Positions 48,901 through 62,032 of a stretch of 64,000 nt of DNA are shown here, piece by piece; positions within the stretch are counted from its first letter, which is position 1, and every line of letters starts with the position of its first letter. This stretch comes from Rhynchobatus australiae (Eukaryota). The stretch spans positions 118,914,536 to 118,978,535 of the forward strand of contig JAUZTB010000064.1 of NCBI GenBank assembly GCA_034780895.1, in the 5' to 3' direction. The translations under genes and the position numbers were made by a program. The notes below the pieces were generated by a model. The model was not told the origin of the DNA, did no database searches, and was given only the letters and a program-made list of their open reading frames with translations.

Positions 48901-51049
48901 NNNNNNNNNNNNNNNNNNNNNNNNNNNNNNNNNNNNNNNNNNNNNNNNNNNNNNNNNNNNNNNNNNNNNNNNNNNNNNNNNNNNNNNNNNNNNNNNNNNN
49001 NNNNNNNNNNNNNNNNNNNNNNNNNNNNNNNNNNNNNNNNNNNNNNNNNNNNNNNNNNNNNNNNNNNNNNNNNNNNNNNNNNNNNNNNNNNNNNNNNNNN
49101 NNNNNNNNNNNNNNNNNNNNNNNNNNNNNNNNNNNNNNNNNNNNNNNNNNNNNNNNNNNNNNNNNNNNNNNNNNNNNNNNNNNNNNNNNNNNNNNNNNNN
49201 NNNNNNNNNNNNNNNNNNNNNNNNNNNNNNNNNNNNNNNNNNNNNNNNNNNNNNNNNNNNNNNNNNNNNNNNNNNNNNNNNNNNNNNNNNNNNNNNNNNN
49301 NNNNNNNNNNNNNNNNNNNNNNNNNNNNNNNNNNNNNNNNNNNNNNNNNNNNNNNNNNNNNNNNNNNNNNNNNNNNNNNNNNNNNNNNNNNTCATATTTC
49401 AAGGGCCCAAACCTTCTCCTGTCTTACTCAAGATGCTCCTCAAAACCTACTCCTTTGCTCATCACACGTGGCTATGTCAAACTTTGTTTAACAACACTCA
49501 CGTGAAGTTTTATGGGCTGTTTTAGTGTTAAATGCTATGTAAGATGCTGTTGTACGTAAATCTTCCGGTTTTGAAGTAGTAAATAAAACAGGACATTCAA
49601 TGAAATCCACTGAGCTTTTAAGCAAAAAAAATTCAATCAAATACATTTGACACTAGAATTTTTGTTTTAACAATAGTTAACTCCTAATGAAGATTTCATA
49701 CATTTATAAAAACACTTTTTGGAATTAGACCTTCCCAGATGATCCATTTTATTTGCTTTAGCAGATCCTTAGGCTAAAATTCTGCCGTACGATACTACTA
49801 ATGAACATTCTAATTTGTGCCATGAAATTTCTTGTCTTTTTGAGAGAAGAAATACATCTCATTTGGGAAAGTTCCTCATTAAAATAATGGCATTATACAG
49901 ATATATTAACACATACATTGTTAATTTCACTCAGAGCAATTTGAAGCCCCTACTTCAGATGTCAATCATCTGGGAAGAGGAAATTTTTGCATTAATGCTA
50001 GGGATACTGTAGCTTTGCAATGAAGTACTTCTCTTGCAACAGGTGCTGGTAATAACATGTTCCCATGCCAGGTACGGTGCAGACAAGAGAGGAGCTTCCT
50101 GTATTCCATCACAAAATACCTTAAATTTATAACTGGTTACCACATTACTTAGTGATACAATTTATCCCATTTGCCAGCATTCTCACTGAATGAAAATGGT
50201 ATCATAATATGCAGTTTTGGCCACTTTTTGTTACTGTTGGTTTAGTGAACCCTGTTCACCAGTAACATAGCTGGAGGGAGAGAAGGAGCACGAGAAAATA
50301 GGAGCAGGAGTAGGCTCCTCAAGTCTGCCTAGCCATTTAATATGCTCATGGCCTCAACTGCTCTTCTGTACCAGTTCCCCATAGCCCTCAATTCAAGTTC
50401 CTTCAAAACTTTGAGAGCAAGAATGGGTGTTTCTTGGGGGTGCGGGGGGAAGAATCCTATTAGTTTTCCCAGATTTGAAAATGTTCCAGAGAGTGAAGTG
50501 TTTTAATTCATCACAATACCAATTTCAGGAACAAAATCATATTTTTCCTCTTTACACATTCCCTGCACATTTATTAAAGAGGTTGCTCCAAGGTAAAATA
50601 AGAAATGCAAGAAATTAAGCTATTTGGTCTGCATTCTACTAACCCACTAGTCTTTGCTTTGTTTTACTCTGAGCTATTGCAGTGCTGCCAACTGTTCTCC
50701 AGCCGCACCATCTCCCTCCATTCACACTGCTGTACATGGTTTCGCTCCTGCTCTTTGTTCTAACTTGATGTTGCAGAGTGGATTTCCAAATTTCAACCCA
50801 TGTCATCATTCCATTAATATCATCGTCAATACCACTGAAGGTACATACAAGCCAAACTTTTTGCTGTCGCCTATTTCTTTACTCCATTAAGTACAAAGGC
50901 AAGATCACATTCTCTAGTGATATTCCTAATACCCTACTATCTACTTTTAAACTTGAGGACCGATCAATGTTATGGTTCATAAATGTGACCAACACCCATA
51001 GGATCCCTCAGAAGAAGACAGATCAAACAAACTGACAATGTACTTAGAT

Positions 51050-52495
51050 AGTAGAGTTAATGAGCAAGTGACAGGCCATTCAGTCCCCTGTTTCCATGCT
51101 GACCATCAAATACCTTTCTATACAAATCCCACTATCCTGCACTCAGCCCATAGACTTCTATGCCAATAACATTTCAAACACACATCTAAATAACAATGGA
51201 TTCCAGACTTCAACCACCCTCTGGATGAAAACAAATTCTTCCTCAAGTCCCTTCTAAATTTCCTACCCCNNNNNNNNNNNNNNNNNNNNNNNNNNNNNNN
51301 NNNNNNNNNNNNNNNNNNNNNNNNNNNNNNNNNNNNNNNNNNNNNNNNNNNNNNNNNNNNNNNNNNNNNNNNNNNNNNNNNNNNNNNNNNNNNNNNNNNN
51401 NNNNNNNNNNNNNNNNNNNNNNNNNNNNNNNNNNNNNNNNNNNNNNNNNNNNNNNNNNNNNNNNNNNNNNNNNNNNNNNNNNNNNNNNNNNNNNNNNNNN
51501 NNNNNNNNNNNNNNNNNNNNNNNNNNNNNNNNNNNNNNNNNNNNNNNNNNNNNNNNNNNNNNNNNNNNNNNNNNNNNNNNNNNNNNNNNNNNNNNNNNNN
51601 NNNNNNNNNNNNNNNNNNNNNNNNNNNNNNNNNNNNNNNNNNNNNNNNNNNNNNNNNNNNNNNNNNNNNNNNNNNNNNNNNNNNNNNNNNNNNNNNNNNN
51701 NNNNNNNNNNNNNNNNNNNNNNNNNNNNNNNNNNNNNNNNNNNNNNNNNNNNNNNNNNNNNNNNNNNNNNNNNNNNNNNNNNNNNNNNNNNNNNNNNNNN
51801 NNNNNNNNNNNNNNNNNNNNNNNNNNNNNNNNNNNNNNNNNNNNNNNNNNNNNNNNNNNNNNNNNNNNNNNNNNNNNNNNNNNNNNNNNNNNNNNNNNNN
51901 NNTCTGCCATTTTACATTCTGTAGCTGAAGATTACCCTCCTCACAATTGATACCAATTTTATGATTTCATCCTCAAACTTAATCCTCATACTTTGTCTAT
52001 TCATATCCAGATTGTAAATATATAGAAAACAAACAGCAAGGTTCCCTGCAAATACACCACTAGTCACAGGTTTCCAGTCATAAAGTAACTCTCAAAGATC
52101 AACAAACCAATTTCAGATCCAATGTGTCAAGTTGCCTGGATGCAAGGAACTCTTCCTTTTAGACCAGTCTCATTTGTGGGACATTTTCAAGGGCCTTACT
52201 GAATTACATGTAGACTACATCCACTGCATAATCCCTATCAATGCACTTAGTCACAAAAGATTCAATCAAACTAGTCAGACAGGACCTCCCCTCGACAAAG
52301 CCATTGCAGTTCTCCTTGCTGAATCCCCACCTTTCCCAGTGCAAATTAATCCCATCTCTCAAAACTTTTTCCAATTATTTCCTTACCACTGACATCAGGC
52401 TCCAGAGCCTGTAATTACCTGGTTTATCTCTGCTGCCCTTCCTGAATACAGGTATCAGAGGATACAGGTATCCTCTAGTCATCTGGTATCTCTTC
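51050..52495 (-). mobile_element. CR1 LINE fragments spanning a gap
   Basis: CR1 tail at 51050-51270 and RT-region remnants at 51900-52495 (GSRDKPGNYR on the minus strand). Confidence 0.65.
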
Positions 52496-52519
52496 TGAAA
52501 AAGATCTGAAAATTCTATG

Positions 52520-52845
52520 GGATGTGCCAGTGGCAATGCCAGTATCATCGTCTCCCCACATTGCCCCTGAACTTAGTGATTGCCATTCAGAGCCCAGATA
52601 AGAGTCAACCACATTGAGAGGTCTGAAGACGCACGTAGACCAGGGGAGGAGAGATGGAAGATTTTTTTCCTCCTCAAGTACAGTAATAAACCAGATGTTT
52701 TTAAACCACAATCTGGTCAACATCACTGATGCTAGCTTGTTATTTAATTGCTTGAATTTCATTCCCCCATTGGCCTTGGTGGGGTTTGAACCCACGATGC
52801 TGAATCAATTATCCAGTAACTTAACCACAGTGCTGCCGCACCCCA
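52520..52845 (-). mobile_element. tRNA-derived SINE
   Basis: Reverse complement starts gggtgcggcagcactgtggttaagttactggat...gtgggttcaaacccc (A/B-box-like). Same family as 54953-55320. Confidence 0.6.
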
Positions 52846-53369
52846 TTAATAGATCATATCCTTAAGATTATAATTTCAGCCCATCCTAATTTATTTCCTC
52901 TCAAATGTGTGGTGGCCAACAATATTTAAAGATTAATCTCCATCAGGTTTTATTGGTAATGAAGCTTTTGAGAAAGTTGACAAGGAATTCTGTCTTAGAT
53001 TAACGACTTAGTTTGTAGCTTTTTTCTCCCTTTCTCTGATTATATTCCAAGTGCTGATATCATCTTGGGGAGAGATGACAGAAAGGAGCTGCCATGCCTG
53101 ACAGACTGTGGAGCTAAATAAATTGCACTGTAGAATGACAAAATTGCTGGGCATCCTATGTTAAAGATGGTACCCACTGATGTTAATTAATTTCTGCCAG
53201 GGCTCAGTAATTCCTCCATCTCATTAGCCGCGGTTCTTTAAGTATGCAAGAATCTCTTTTTTAAGGGATGCTACTATTGGTCTGAGTTCCTTGTAAGCTT
53301 TTACACTGAGACAATATTCTCCCAACAGCTAAAAGCCAATTCCGCACATTTTCTGTGTATACACTAGCC

Positions 53370-53970
53370 TTCAGTCAGAACAGGAATATAGGAATTGGGA
53401 TGTTATATTGCAGTTGTACAAGATATTAGAGAGGCCGAACCTAGAGTATTGTGTACCGTTTTTGTTACCCTGTAATAGGAAAGATATCAATAAGCAGGAA
53501 AGAGTGCAAAGAAGATTTACAAGAATGTTGCCAGGACACGAGGGCCTGAATTATGGGGAGAGGTTGGGCAGGCTAGGACTTTATTCCTTATAGGAGACTG
53601 AGGGGTGACCTTACAGAGGTGTATGAAGTCAAAAGGAGCATAGATAGGGTGAATGCATCCAGGCTTTTTCCCAGGGAAAGGGAACTAAAAACTAAAGGGC
53701 ATAGGTTTATGGTGAGAGGGAAAAGACTTAAAGGGAGCTGAGGGGCAACTTTTTCACACAGTGGGTGGTGTGTCAATGGAATGAGCTGCCAGAGGAAGTG
53801 GTTGAGCAAGGTACAATAACACCATTTAAAAGACATGTGGACAGGTACACGGAAAGGAAAGGTTTGGAGGGATGGCCAAACTCAGGCAAATAGGACTAGC
53901 TTAGATGGGCATCTTAGTTGGCATGGACTGGTTGGGCCGAAGGGCCTGTTTCCATGCTGTATTACTCTAT
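53370..53970 (+). mobile_element. CR1 LINE 3' portion
   Basis: LQLYKILERPNLEYCV...ERVQRRFTRMLPG..GLNYGERLGRLGLYSL, followed by the tail. Confidence 0.88.
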
Positions 53971-54952
53971 TACTTTATAAATGTTATTGCAACAAATCCT
54001 CAAAGCATTTGTACCACCTACACTCCAGTACTGGCAGCAGTGGCTATCCTTCATGTGTGAGCCAAGGCAGGAAATTTTGACAGACTATTTGACTGCAGCA
54101 GTAACCCCAAGCAAGGGCTGATCCTGTGTCCATATTATGCCCTCAGATGACTCAGTGATAGGGGAAATTCTATCATGTAATGCAACTTTTATATGTACTA
54201 GATGATAGAATGTTAATGCAAACTAAAATATTCAAGTAGCACGTCTCAGAAAATTTTGCTCAGGTCCATGATAAACATGGCTTCTACTTAGCATGGGCTG
54301 TGACTTGCATCGTCCCTTTTGATATCATGTTCTTGAAATTGAATGGTGCAATGTCCGCATTGCATATCGAGGTAATCCTCAATCAGAGAGTTAACTCTAC
54401 CTCAGGGTTAATTAAAAAGGGCCCCATAGTCTTAAACATGTGGTTTAACTCTGATAACTGTTGTGCCCAGACACTTGTTAAGTTGATGCCGTGAATGAAG
54501 AATGTGTTGGTTAGGCTCCCTCTCAGTCTGAATGAATCTTCCTCACAGTAGGTTAACTGAAGCTCAGGGATACTAAAGACTAACTGTATGCTTGGCAGTT
54601 TCTGGTGAATCCAAGCCATTCCTCTTTATCTAGCTACTTTCTTTTTGACACACCTACTCCATGTGTCCACCCTCAGGCTAACCCCACCCCCACACTGTTC
54701 GCTTGCCTTGCTGACCATCTCTTGTTTCTCTTCCCAAACCTATCTTTCCTAATCAATTTCTTGACTGAACCCCACCCCGACTGACCACCGTAGACTGCCT
54801 CCAGCCCTGCAACTAACTCTCACCTTCATGATCAACCATCCCTTTCAAAGAGCTGCAAAACTATCACTAATGTTGGAGACAACAACTGAAAGCCCCTTGC
54901 ACAAGGTTCGTGTACAAATCTTTTTCTATTGCACACCTTGGGCCACAAAAGA

Positions 54953-55320
54953 CTGGGTGCAGTACTGTAGTGGTTAAGTCACTTGACTAGCACCAGTGGA
55001 CGACACCATTAAAACAGGGACATGCGTTTGAATCCCACTCTTTGAGGTCAGGAATTTAAATTAATTAAATAAATCTGGAAATAAAAGCCTAGCTTCAGTA
55101 ATGACAGCCATGAAACTACCACCAGACTGTGACAAAACCATTCCCAGAACATCATTGACTTGCGGGGAAGGATGGTCTTATCTGATCTGACCTGCCCAAG
55201 TCATCCCCATAGCAATGTGGTTGACTTTTAATTCTTAATGTTCCATCCTTAAAATAGACTGGACTGGATCTCCCAAATAGGATGGACAATAAAGGCTGAT
55301 CTTACTCAATCCTGAACAAA
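54953..55320 (+). mobile_element. tRNA-derived SINE
   Basis: gggtgcagtactgtagtggttaagtcacttgactag...gtttgaatcccac...aaataaatctggaa...ccatgaaactacc. Confidence 0.6.
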
Positions 55321-55522
55321 AATGGCACATTACCATTTATAATCCGGCATCAATGATTGAAAATCAAGGGTGAAAATCATAGCCAATATCTCCCGTCAAG
55401 GTTGGTGAACTGCTGCCTATAACGTTAGAGAAGGCCAAGGATCGATGGCAGGATTTTTCAATATGAAACAGCTCAGCATCACATTGGGCAGTGCACCTAC
55501 ACACTAAGTCATTTTGTGTGGA

Positions 55523-55640
55523 ATCAAAAAAAAAACAGCAGATGCTGGAAACCTGAAATAAAAACAGAAAACACTGGAAAACCTCAGGAGGTCAAGCAGC
55601 ACCTGTGGAAAGAGAAACCATTAACATTTCAGTTCTGATG
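55523..55640. mobile_element. Penelope-related element arm running into a gap
   Basis: cagcagatgctggaaacctgaaataaaaacagaaaacactgg...cagcacctgtggaaagagaaaccattaacatttcagttCTGATG, then Ns. Confidence 0.65.
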
Positions 55641-55861
55641 NNNNNNNNNNNNNNNNNNNNNNNNNNNNNNNNNNNNNNNNNNNNNNNNNNNNNNNNNNNN
55701 NNNNNNNNNNNNNNNNNNNNNNTATGGAAAAGTTAGACATTCTTACTCCACTTCAGCTGTGTCTCCTCAGCCCTCTGCAGGGCTTCTAAATAAGAGAAAA
55801 ACCAAGATGTGGAAGGGAATAGTTGAGAGATATTTTGTCTTCAACTGTGGTGCTCTACGGA

Positions 55862-56200
55862 AGCACAGTGGCACTGCAGGTAGAGGTGTCGTCTCACAGC
55901 TCCAGTGACCTGGATTCAATCCTAATCTTCGGGGCTGTCTGTGTGGAGTTTGCACATTCCATGACCACGGATGTTTCCACTGGGGGGGCTCCATTTTCTT
56001 CCCACAACTCAAAAATGTGCTGGTTGTTAGATTAATTGGCCACTGTAAATTACTTCTAGTGGTTCAGTGGGTAGAGGAGAAGTGGGCAATTTGATGGGTG
56101 TATCTGAGAAGATAGGTTGCAATGAAATAGGTGAGGAATGGGATTACTCCAAGAACTGCCATGGACTTACTGGGCCAAATGGCCTACTTTATCATAAGGA
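55862..56200 (+). mobile_element. HE1/V-SINE-like element
   Basis: gcacagtggcactgcaggtagag...gctgtctgtgtggagtttgcacatt...gggccaaatggcct. Confidence 0.75.
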
Positions 56201-56374
56201 AATACGAAAATTATGAGTAATTAACCTTCCCCTAAAAGAGAGCAAGTGCTCAGCCCAGGCTCCATACTGCTCAAGAAATTAATGGTACAGTATATGCTTT
56301 GCGACCAAACTGGTCGTATACAAGTCTGAGTGATGGAGAAGTTCTCTTGTCACTGTTAAATGGTTACAGCTCAC

Positions 56375-56445
56375 CTTCATTGAAAAACAATCCAGAACTC
56401 CATAATACAACCAAGAATGGGGGATAGAATTCAACCGAGTTCTGC
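56375..56445 (-). CDS. MGST2: MGST2 coding exon 3 (71 nt)
   Basis: Minus strand atacag|G CAG AAC TCG...AAT GAA G|gtgagc translates QNSVEFYPPFLVVLWSSGLFFNE. QNxVEFYP favours MGST2 over LTC4S (VNCSEYFP). Confidence 0.95.
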
Positions 56446-56924
56446 CTGTATAGGTTCAAACATATAACAAACATCAAGTTACAAAAGGCATTTCTTTTAA
56501 ATTGCTTAAACAGTTCACCCCATCAAACCTTCACTCTTCATCTGAAGGCGTCGACTCATTCCCAGAACTTCTTAGTGGCACAGGCTAGCCTCTCCAGTGA
56601 TCTAAAAGCACCTGATCAGGATATTTTAAAGAGTAAGGAGTTGGGGTCGATGCTGGTAGAGGAAGATTAGGATGGAACTGGTATTCTTTTAACCCTAATA
56701 CAGACCTCATCATACTAAGGGTGGGGGCTTTATTGAATTGGGGTCAGAAATAGAAATCCTGGCTGATTTGTTCTGGGCAGTCAACAACAGTGAGATGAAT
56801 ACAAACCTGCAACTTTCTGCTGGCAGTTCCACAACTGGGACATCAAGGGAGCTGTTCTGAGTTTTGATATAAAGCATAATCAAACCATCAGGAATGGATG
56901 TCTTGTCAGCTGCATTTAGTTCTG

Positions 56925-57235
56925 CGTGGGTGCTGCACCGTTGAGGTTGCCACCTGTCAGGTGAAACACTAGACCAAAGTCCACTAGCCTTCTCAGAAGG
57001 CATATAAGGACCCATGGTATCATTTTGAAAGAGAGTTAGGCAGTTAGCCTTGGTGTCCCGGTCAATATTGATCCCTCACTCACCTTATCCAAATTAGATT
57101 ATTTGGTCATCGTCAGCAGTGTTGTTGAAGGGAAGCATGCTGTGTGCAAATTGGCCGCTGTATTCCAACAGAGATTACACTTTAAACATGGTTCATTGGC
57201 CACAAAGAATTGGGCATCACACAAGTGCAAGTCTC
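56925..57235 (+). mobile_element. Deu-domain SINE (SacSINE1/AmnSINE1-like)
   Basis: gtgctgcaccgttgaggttgcc...cccatggtatc...ggtgtcccggtcaatatt...gattatttggtcat...gctgtgtgcaaattggccgc. A related fragment lies at 43060-43212. Confidence 0.65.
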
Positions 57236-57544
57236 CCTTTTAATGTGACAGCTATAGTTTAACTGGAAATGTTTTGATTGACATTTGTATTCAAACGTCC
57301 TCAGGACCAGAGTATTGAAAGCAACACTACATCATCCGTATTCAAGGAAGAAAAGGGAGGGGAAGTAGGATCACTCCCTACATTACCCAGATTGTTCTCT
57401 CAGCATGTTACGGTTTGAAGAGGATTACAAAATCCAAACTATATCAATATCCCTAATCATAAGCACCACCCCACTTGGAACAGATAGCATTGAGATGGGG
57501 CAAAAGAAAGAAAAACTGCAAGTAGTCTTTAACTTGCCACATAT

Positions 57545-57797
57545 TGGTGGTGTAGTAGTTAGCATAATGCTATTACAGAGCCAGTGACCCGAGTTCAATT
57601 CCAGCCACTGTCTGTAAGGAGTTTGTACATTCTCCCAGCGTCTGCGTGGGTTTCCTCCAGGTGCTCCGGTTTCCTCCCACATTCCAAAGAAGTTGTGGGC
57701 ATGCTATGTTGGCACCGGAAGTGTGGCAACACTTGGGGGCTGCAAAGATGCATTTCAGTGTGTTTTGATGTACGTGTGACTAATAAAGATATCTTAT
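57545..57797 (+). mobile_element. V-domain SINE subfamily copy
   Basis: Same head, body and tail as 39890-40172, with internal deletions. Confidence 0.8.
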
Positions 57798-58800
57798 TTT
57801 GAGATGGGAACAACAGTACCTCAGGTGAAAATTATGGAAATTACTACACTCTGGTGAAAATTATGGAAAGGGTGATTACTGGCCTTGAAAGATTATAAAT
57901 TAAATACATCCAACTTGAAGCAGTCAGATCACAATAGGTCTTCCACATTTATTTTGCTGGGAATAACACTTGTGTAGATGTGAAATAGATTGAAAAAGAA
58001 TGATAAAGATATATTTATCAGAGATAAGTCTCCTATCCTCTATTGTTAAATTGTGCTTGTACTATTTGGGCATGTAGCCATCACAGTACAGTTGCACACA
58101 AGTGATTCATACTCCTGTGAAATTAAATCTTGTGTTACCTAAAGAGTTGTTCCAAATTATTTACCAGCACTGTATCATTANNNNNNNNNNNNNNNNNNNA
58201 GAAAGGGGCTGAGACATTAATTGCTGGCAATCAAAGATTGCAGCTGTAAGCAAATAAAACCAACCATTTCCCCCCTACTTTTGAGTTGGTAAAATAGAGT
58301 TTTCCTTCACAGAAACCAAAGAAAAGTTCTCTCATACAAATAGCAAGGCTGCTGACAAAGTTTTAAGCTGTACACACCTCCTGTTCAATCCTAAACTCAG
58401 CTTCCAACACCCAAATTCTTTTATGTCACAGAAGGTCAACTAATTTTACCTCCAGTCCTATTCCATCTATCAGTGAAACCTTTGTTCACTTCACATTCGA
58501 GTTTGCTGTCTACATGCTATGCTGCACCAAATCCTTTCTGGCTATCACCATTACCCTTATCGACATACAGTGGCTTCCACTTCCTTCGTGGATTGGGACT
58601 TCCCATTTCTGGACCCACCTCCAACTCTGCTGTCTGCTCTTCTGACTCTGGTTTCTAGTACATCCCCTCCTCCATTCACCCTGTTGCTGGCAGCCATACT
58701 TACAGCTCCTTGGCCTCCACTCTCTGGAATTATTTGTTCAAATCCCTCTATCTACATCCTCCAAGTTCAGCTTGAAACCAAATCTCCCCCCACCCTACCT

Positions 58801-59003
58801 AAATTGGTTTATTATTGTCACATGTACTGAGGTACAGTGAAAAACTTGTCTTGCATGCCATTCATACAGACCAATTTATTACACAGTGCCTTGAGGTAAT
58901 ACATGGTAAAACAATAACAGGATGCAGAATAAAGTGTTACAGTTACTGAGAAAGTGCAGTGCAGGTAGACAATAAGGTGCAAGGTCATAACGAGGTAGAT
59001 TGA
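58801..59003 (-). mobile_element. Rex1-type LINE 3' tail
   Basis: aattggtttattattgtcacatgtactgaggtacagtgaaaaac... is closely similar to 35920-36056. Confidence 0.75.
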
Positions 59004-59289
59004 GACCTCAATAACCTCTGGTAACCTTCCTAATATGACCCCCTTTGTCGGGGCATCTTCTCTTTCATTGTATCTCTCTGAAGCCCCTCAAGATATGTTG
59101 TCCTCAATAAACTCACTATACAGAAAGCAAGCTATTGCTGAACAGTTTAACATTACCATCTGCATTTCCTCAACAAATTTCCTAGAAGCAAAATATTCTA
59201 GCAAATTTCCTCCAGGAAATACCTTCTTAAAGTTTCCAGTAATCACTTCCCTGTAACTGGCCTGAGTTGTGCTGGGCTGGTAGAGCAGA

Positions 59290-59625
59290 GAGCACAGTGG
59301 CACATCTAGAACTGTTGCCTCACAGCACCAGAGATTTGTTTTCAATCTTGACCTCCAGTTATCTCCGTGTGAAGTTCAGGTGTGACTGTGAGTGCATGGG
59401 TTTCTTTCCCCCCAAGTGCATCAGTTTCCTCCCACATCCCAAAGTTGTATGTTTTGGTCAATTGACCTCTATAAATTGCCAATAAAGCGTAGGTGACAGG
59501 TNNNNNNNNNNNNNNNNNNNNNNNNNNNNNNGGGAGGGTGGGCTGTAAGGAAAAGCTAGTGGTTGAATGGGATTGCTCTTGAACTGACATAGACTCAGTG
59601 GGCCAAATGACTTCCTTCTACGTCT
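59290..59625 (+). mobile_element. HE1/V-SINE-like element
   Basis: gcacagtggcacatctagaactgttgcctcacagcacc...gtttcctcccacatcccaaag...gggccaaatgac. Confidence 0.7.
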
Positions 59626-61099
59626 AAGGGAACATGGAAAAATGGGTGGTATGAAGGAAAATCAGCCCCGGATACAGCCTTGACTACTAACCAACTGGTT
59701 TCCAACACAAATGGAAGTAGTATTGCAAAGAAATTGGACTGGATCCAATTAACTACTCTAAAACCTTGTTGCATGCTACACTAGTGCCATTTCAGATATT
59801 TCCCCCACCCCAAAACAAAATGTTAAATTGAATGAAAACATACTACAGTACTATGTTTCTTGCCTCGAATGAATTGGGAGTCTTGAGCTGTGCGTTTCCC
59901 AGCGACAGCTGCACAAAAACCTCCCAACATTCATATTATTGCCATGTTGATCACTGGGAAACCTTAAAGCATCTCTTCCCAAGATAGCTATAGACCAGCT
60001 GCACGAAAGACTGCATTGAAAGTGAGGGAAAGGGCGAGTGGTGGGAGAAACAAATCACACAGGCCCAACGTGACCATTTACTCCGAAGGAGTTCCATGCC
60101 ACTGAGAGATGCAGGATAATCAGTGAGGCAGAGATTGCAGCATGGTACACTAACATACATAAAATAGAAAAGGCTGTAATCATTAATGGAGCAAACAACA
60201 ATGAGTTTGCAAAATGTGGCTGACAGATGGTGTGTGCAATATATCGATCTCAGAACTGGGACTATGTTTCACTGGCGATCTTCTTTTGCTCCTTATTTTT
60301 GTGACTGTCACACAACATTTTTTCTATCAACGTAGGAGGTCCGTTTCCAGCTGGCAGTGGATGAAAGGTTCATTGCCAAATATGTAATAGCAAAGGTCAG
60401 ACATGTTAGTGTGGATCCTGAAGTGCCCAGTCCAATATTCCAATGGTCTTGAATTCACTCATATCATCCCCAGTAAGTTCTGCTTCAGGTAAAAATCAAT
60501 ATTTGCATGCTAAATGCCTGAAAACAGGCACAAATTGATCCATTTTTTGACACGTATGTGTGTGAAGATGTTGTCAGAATAGCATCAAGCTCAGTTGCGA
60601 TGTGCTCTACAGTTAAGCAGCTACATAGAATTTACAGCCGAGACTCATTAATCAGGAATGTGCACAGACAGCAGAAAGTTGCCATGGTGCTGAATACCTT
60701 CAAGAAGGAAGGCAAAGAACATTGAAAATGTAATTGATTATTTGCTTTGCACAATCAAAAATATATCAGAGAGCTTGTTCTTAACAAGAAAGCAGGTGAC
60801 TTGTGGAAGTATAATTCTTTTCGGGGATGTATACGATTCAAATTGTTTTTTTAAATGCTAACCCCTCCCTATCATAAAACGTATTATATCTTGGCTAGAG
60901 TCATTGGGAACTTTAAGGCTGCATTGCTGAATTGGACACAGTTGTGAAATGCCAGAAAGCATTTTATGCTACCAATCTGGCTCTTCCCCAGCAATAGCTG
61001 TCAAATTAAAAACCCTGTTAATTATTCAACTTTAAAAAAATTAATTTACAGCTAATAAAGCTAAATTGATATTTAATTGTGGACAACTACACTTAGAAC

Positions 61100-61890
61100 A
61101 TATGGCTGGATATAGATCACATAGAAAGTTGGGCAGAGTGTGGGAAGACAGAACTTAATCCTGACAAGTGCAAGGTGATGAAATTTGGAAAGTCAAATAG
61201 GGTTAAGATGTAATACAGTATATAGTAGGACACTAGGGTGTATTGATGGACAGAGAATCCTTGGGGTTCAAGTCCATAGTTCCCTGAAAATGGCAACACA
61301 GGTAGTTAGGGTGGTGAAGATGACATATGGCATGCTTGCCTTCATAGCTTAGGCCACAGAATATAAAAATNNNNNNNNNNNCTGGTTAGACTGCACTTGG
61401 AGTATTGTGTGTAGTTCTTGCCACACTATAGGACGGATGTGATTGCACTGGGGAGAGTGCAGAGGAGATTCACCAGGACGTTGCCTGGATTAGAGGACTT
61501 TAGTTAGATGGAAAGATTGGATAGACTGGGCTTGTTTTCCCTGGAGTTAAGGAGGCATGGAATCATGAGGAGGCACAGATAGGATAGATGGCCAGAATCT
61601 TTTGCCCCCAATGTAGAGGGCATAGTTTTAAGGTGAAAGGAAGGAAATCTTTAAAGGGAATCTGAAGTAGCGATTTTTCTTACACAGAGACAGGTTGATA
61701 TCTGGAACTTGCTGCAGAGGACACGATGGAATCAGATACAATGGGATGGGTGCTTTTAAAAGGCATTTGGACAGGCACTTGAATAGAAGGATACGGACAC
61801 ATGGGATTCATGTAGATGGGTAAAAAGACCAGCATGGATATGGTGGGCTGAAGCACCTATGATCCTGCCATACAACTCGATGACTACAAC
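61100..61890 (+). mobile_element. CR1 LINE 3' portion
   Basis: NPDKCKVMKFG, LGVQVHSSLKMATQV and RVQRRFTR motifs, followed by the tail. Confidence 0.85.
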
Positions 61891-62032
61891 TTCTTTGAAG
61901 TTTAGTGACAAGAAAATTAGAGCAACACTAAAAGACTGATAACAAAATCATTTGGGAACAAAATGGAATAAAGTTCTTTGGTCAGTTCAGAGCAATAACA
62001 AACTGTTAACGTAAACTAAAAAATAGACTTAC

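Noticed and set aside
54953-55045. tRNA gene candidates (also SINE heads at 39890, 52760-52845 and 57545)
   Set aside because: A/B-box-like heads without a cloverleaf that continue into SINE bodies.
57824-57869. 17-bp direct repeat ggtgaaaattatggaaa, CRISPR-like
   Set aside because: Only two copies with a 12-nt spacer in vertebrate DNA; a simple slippage duplication.
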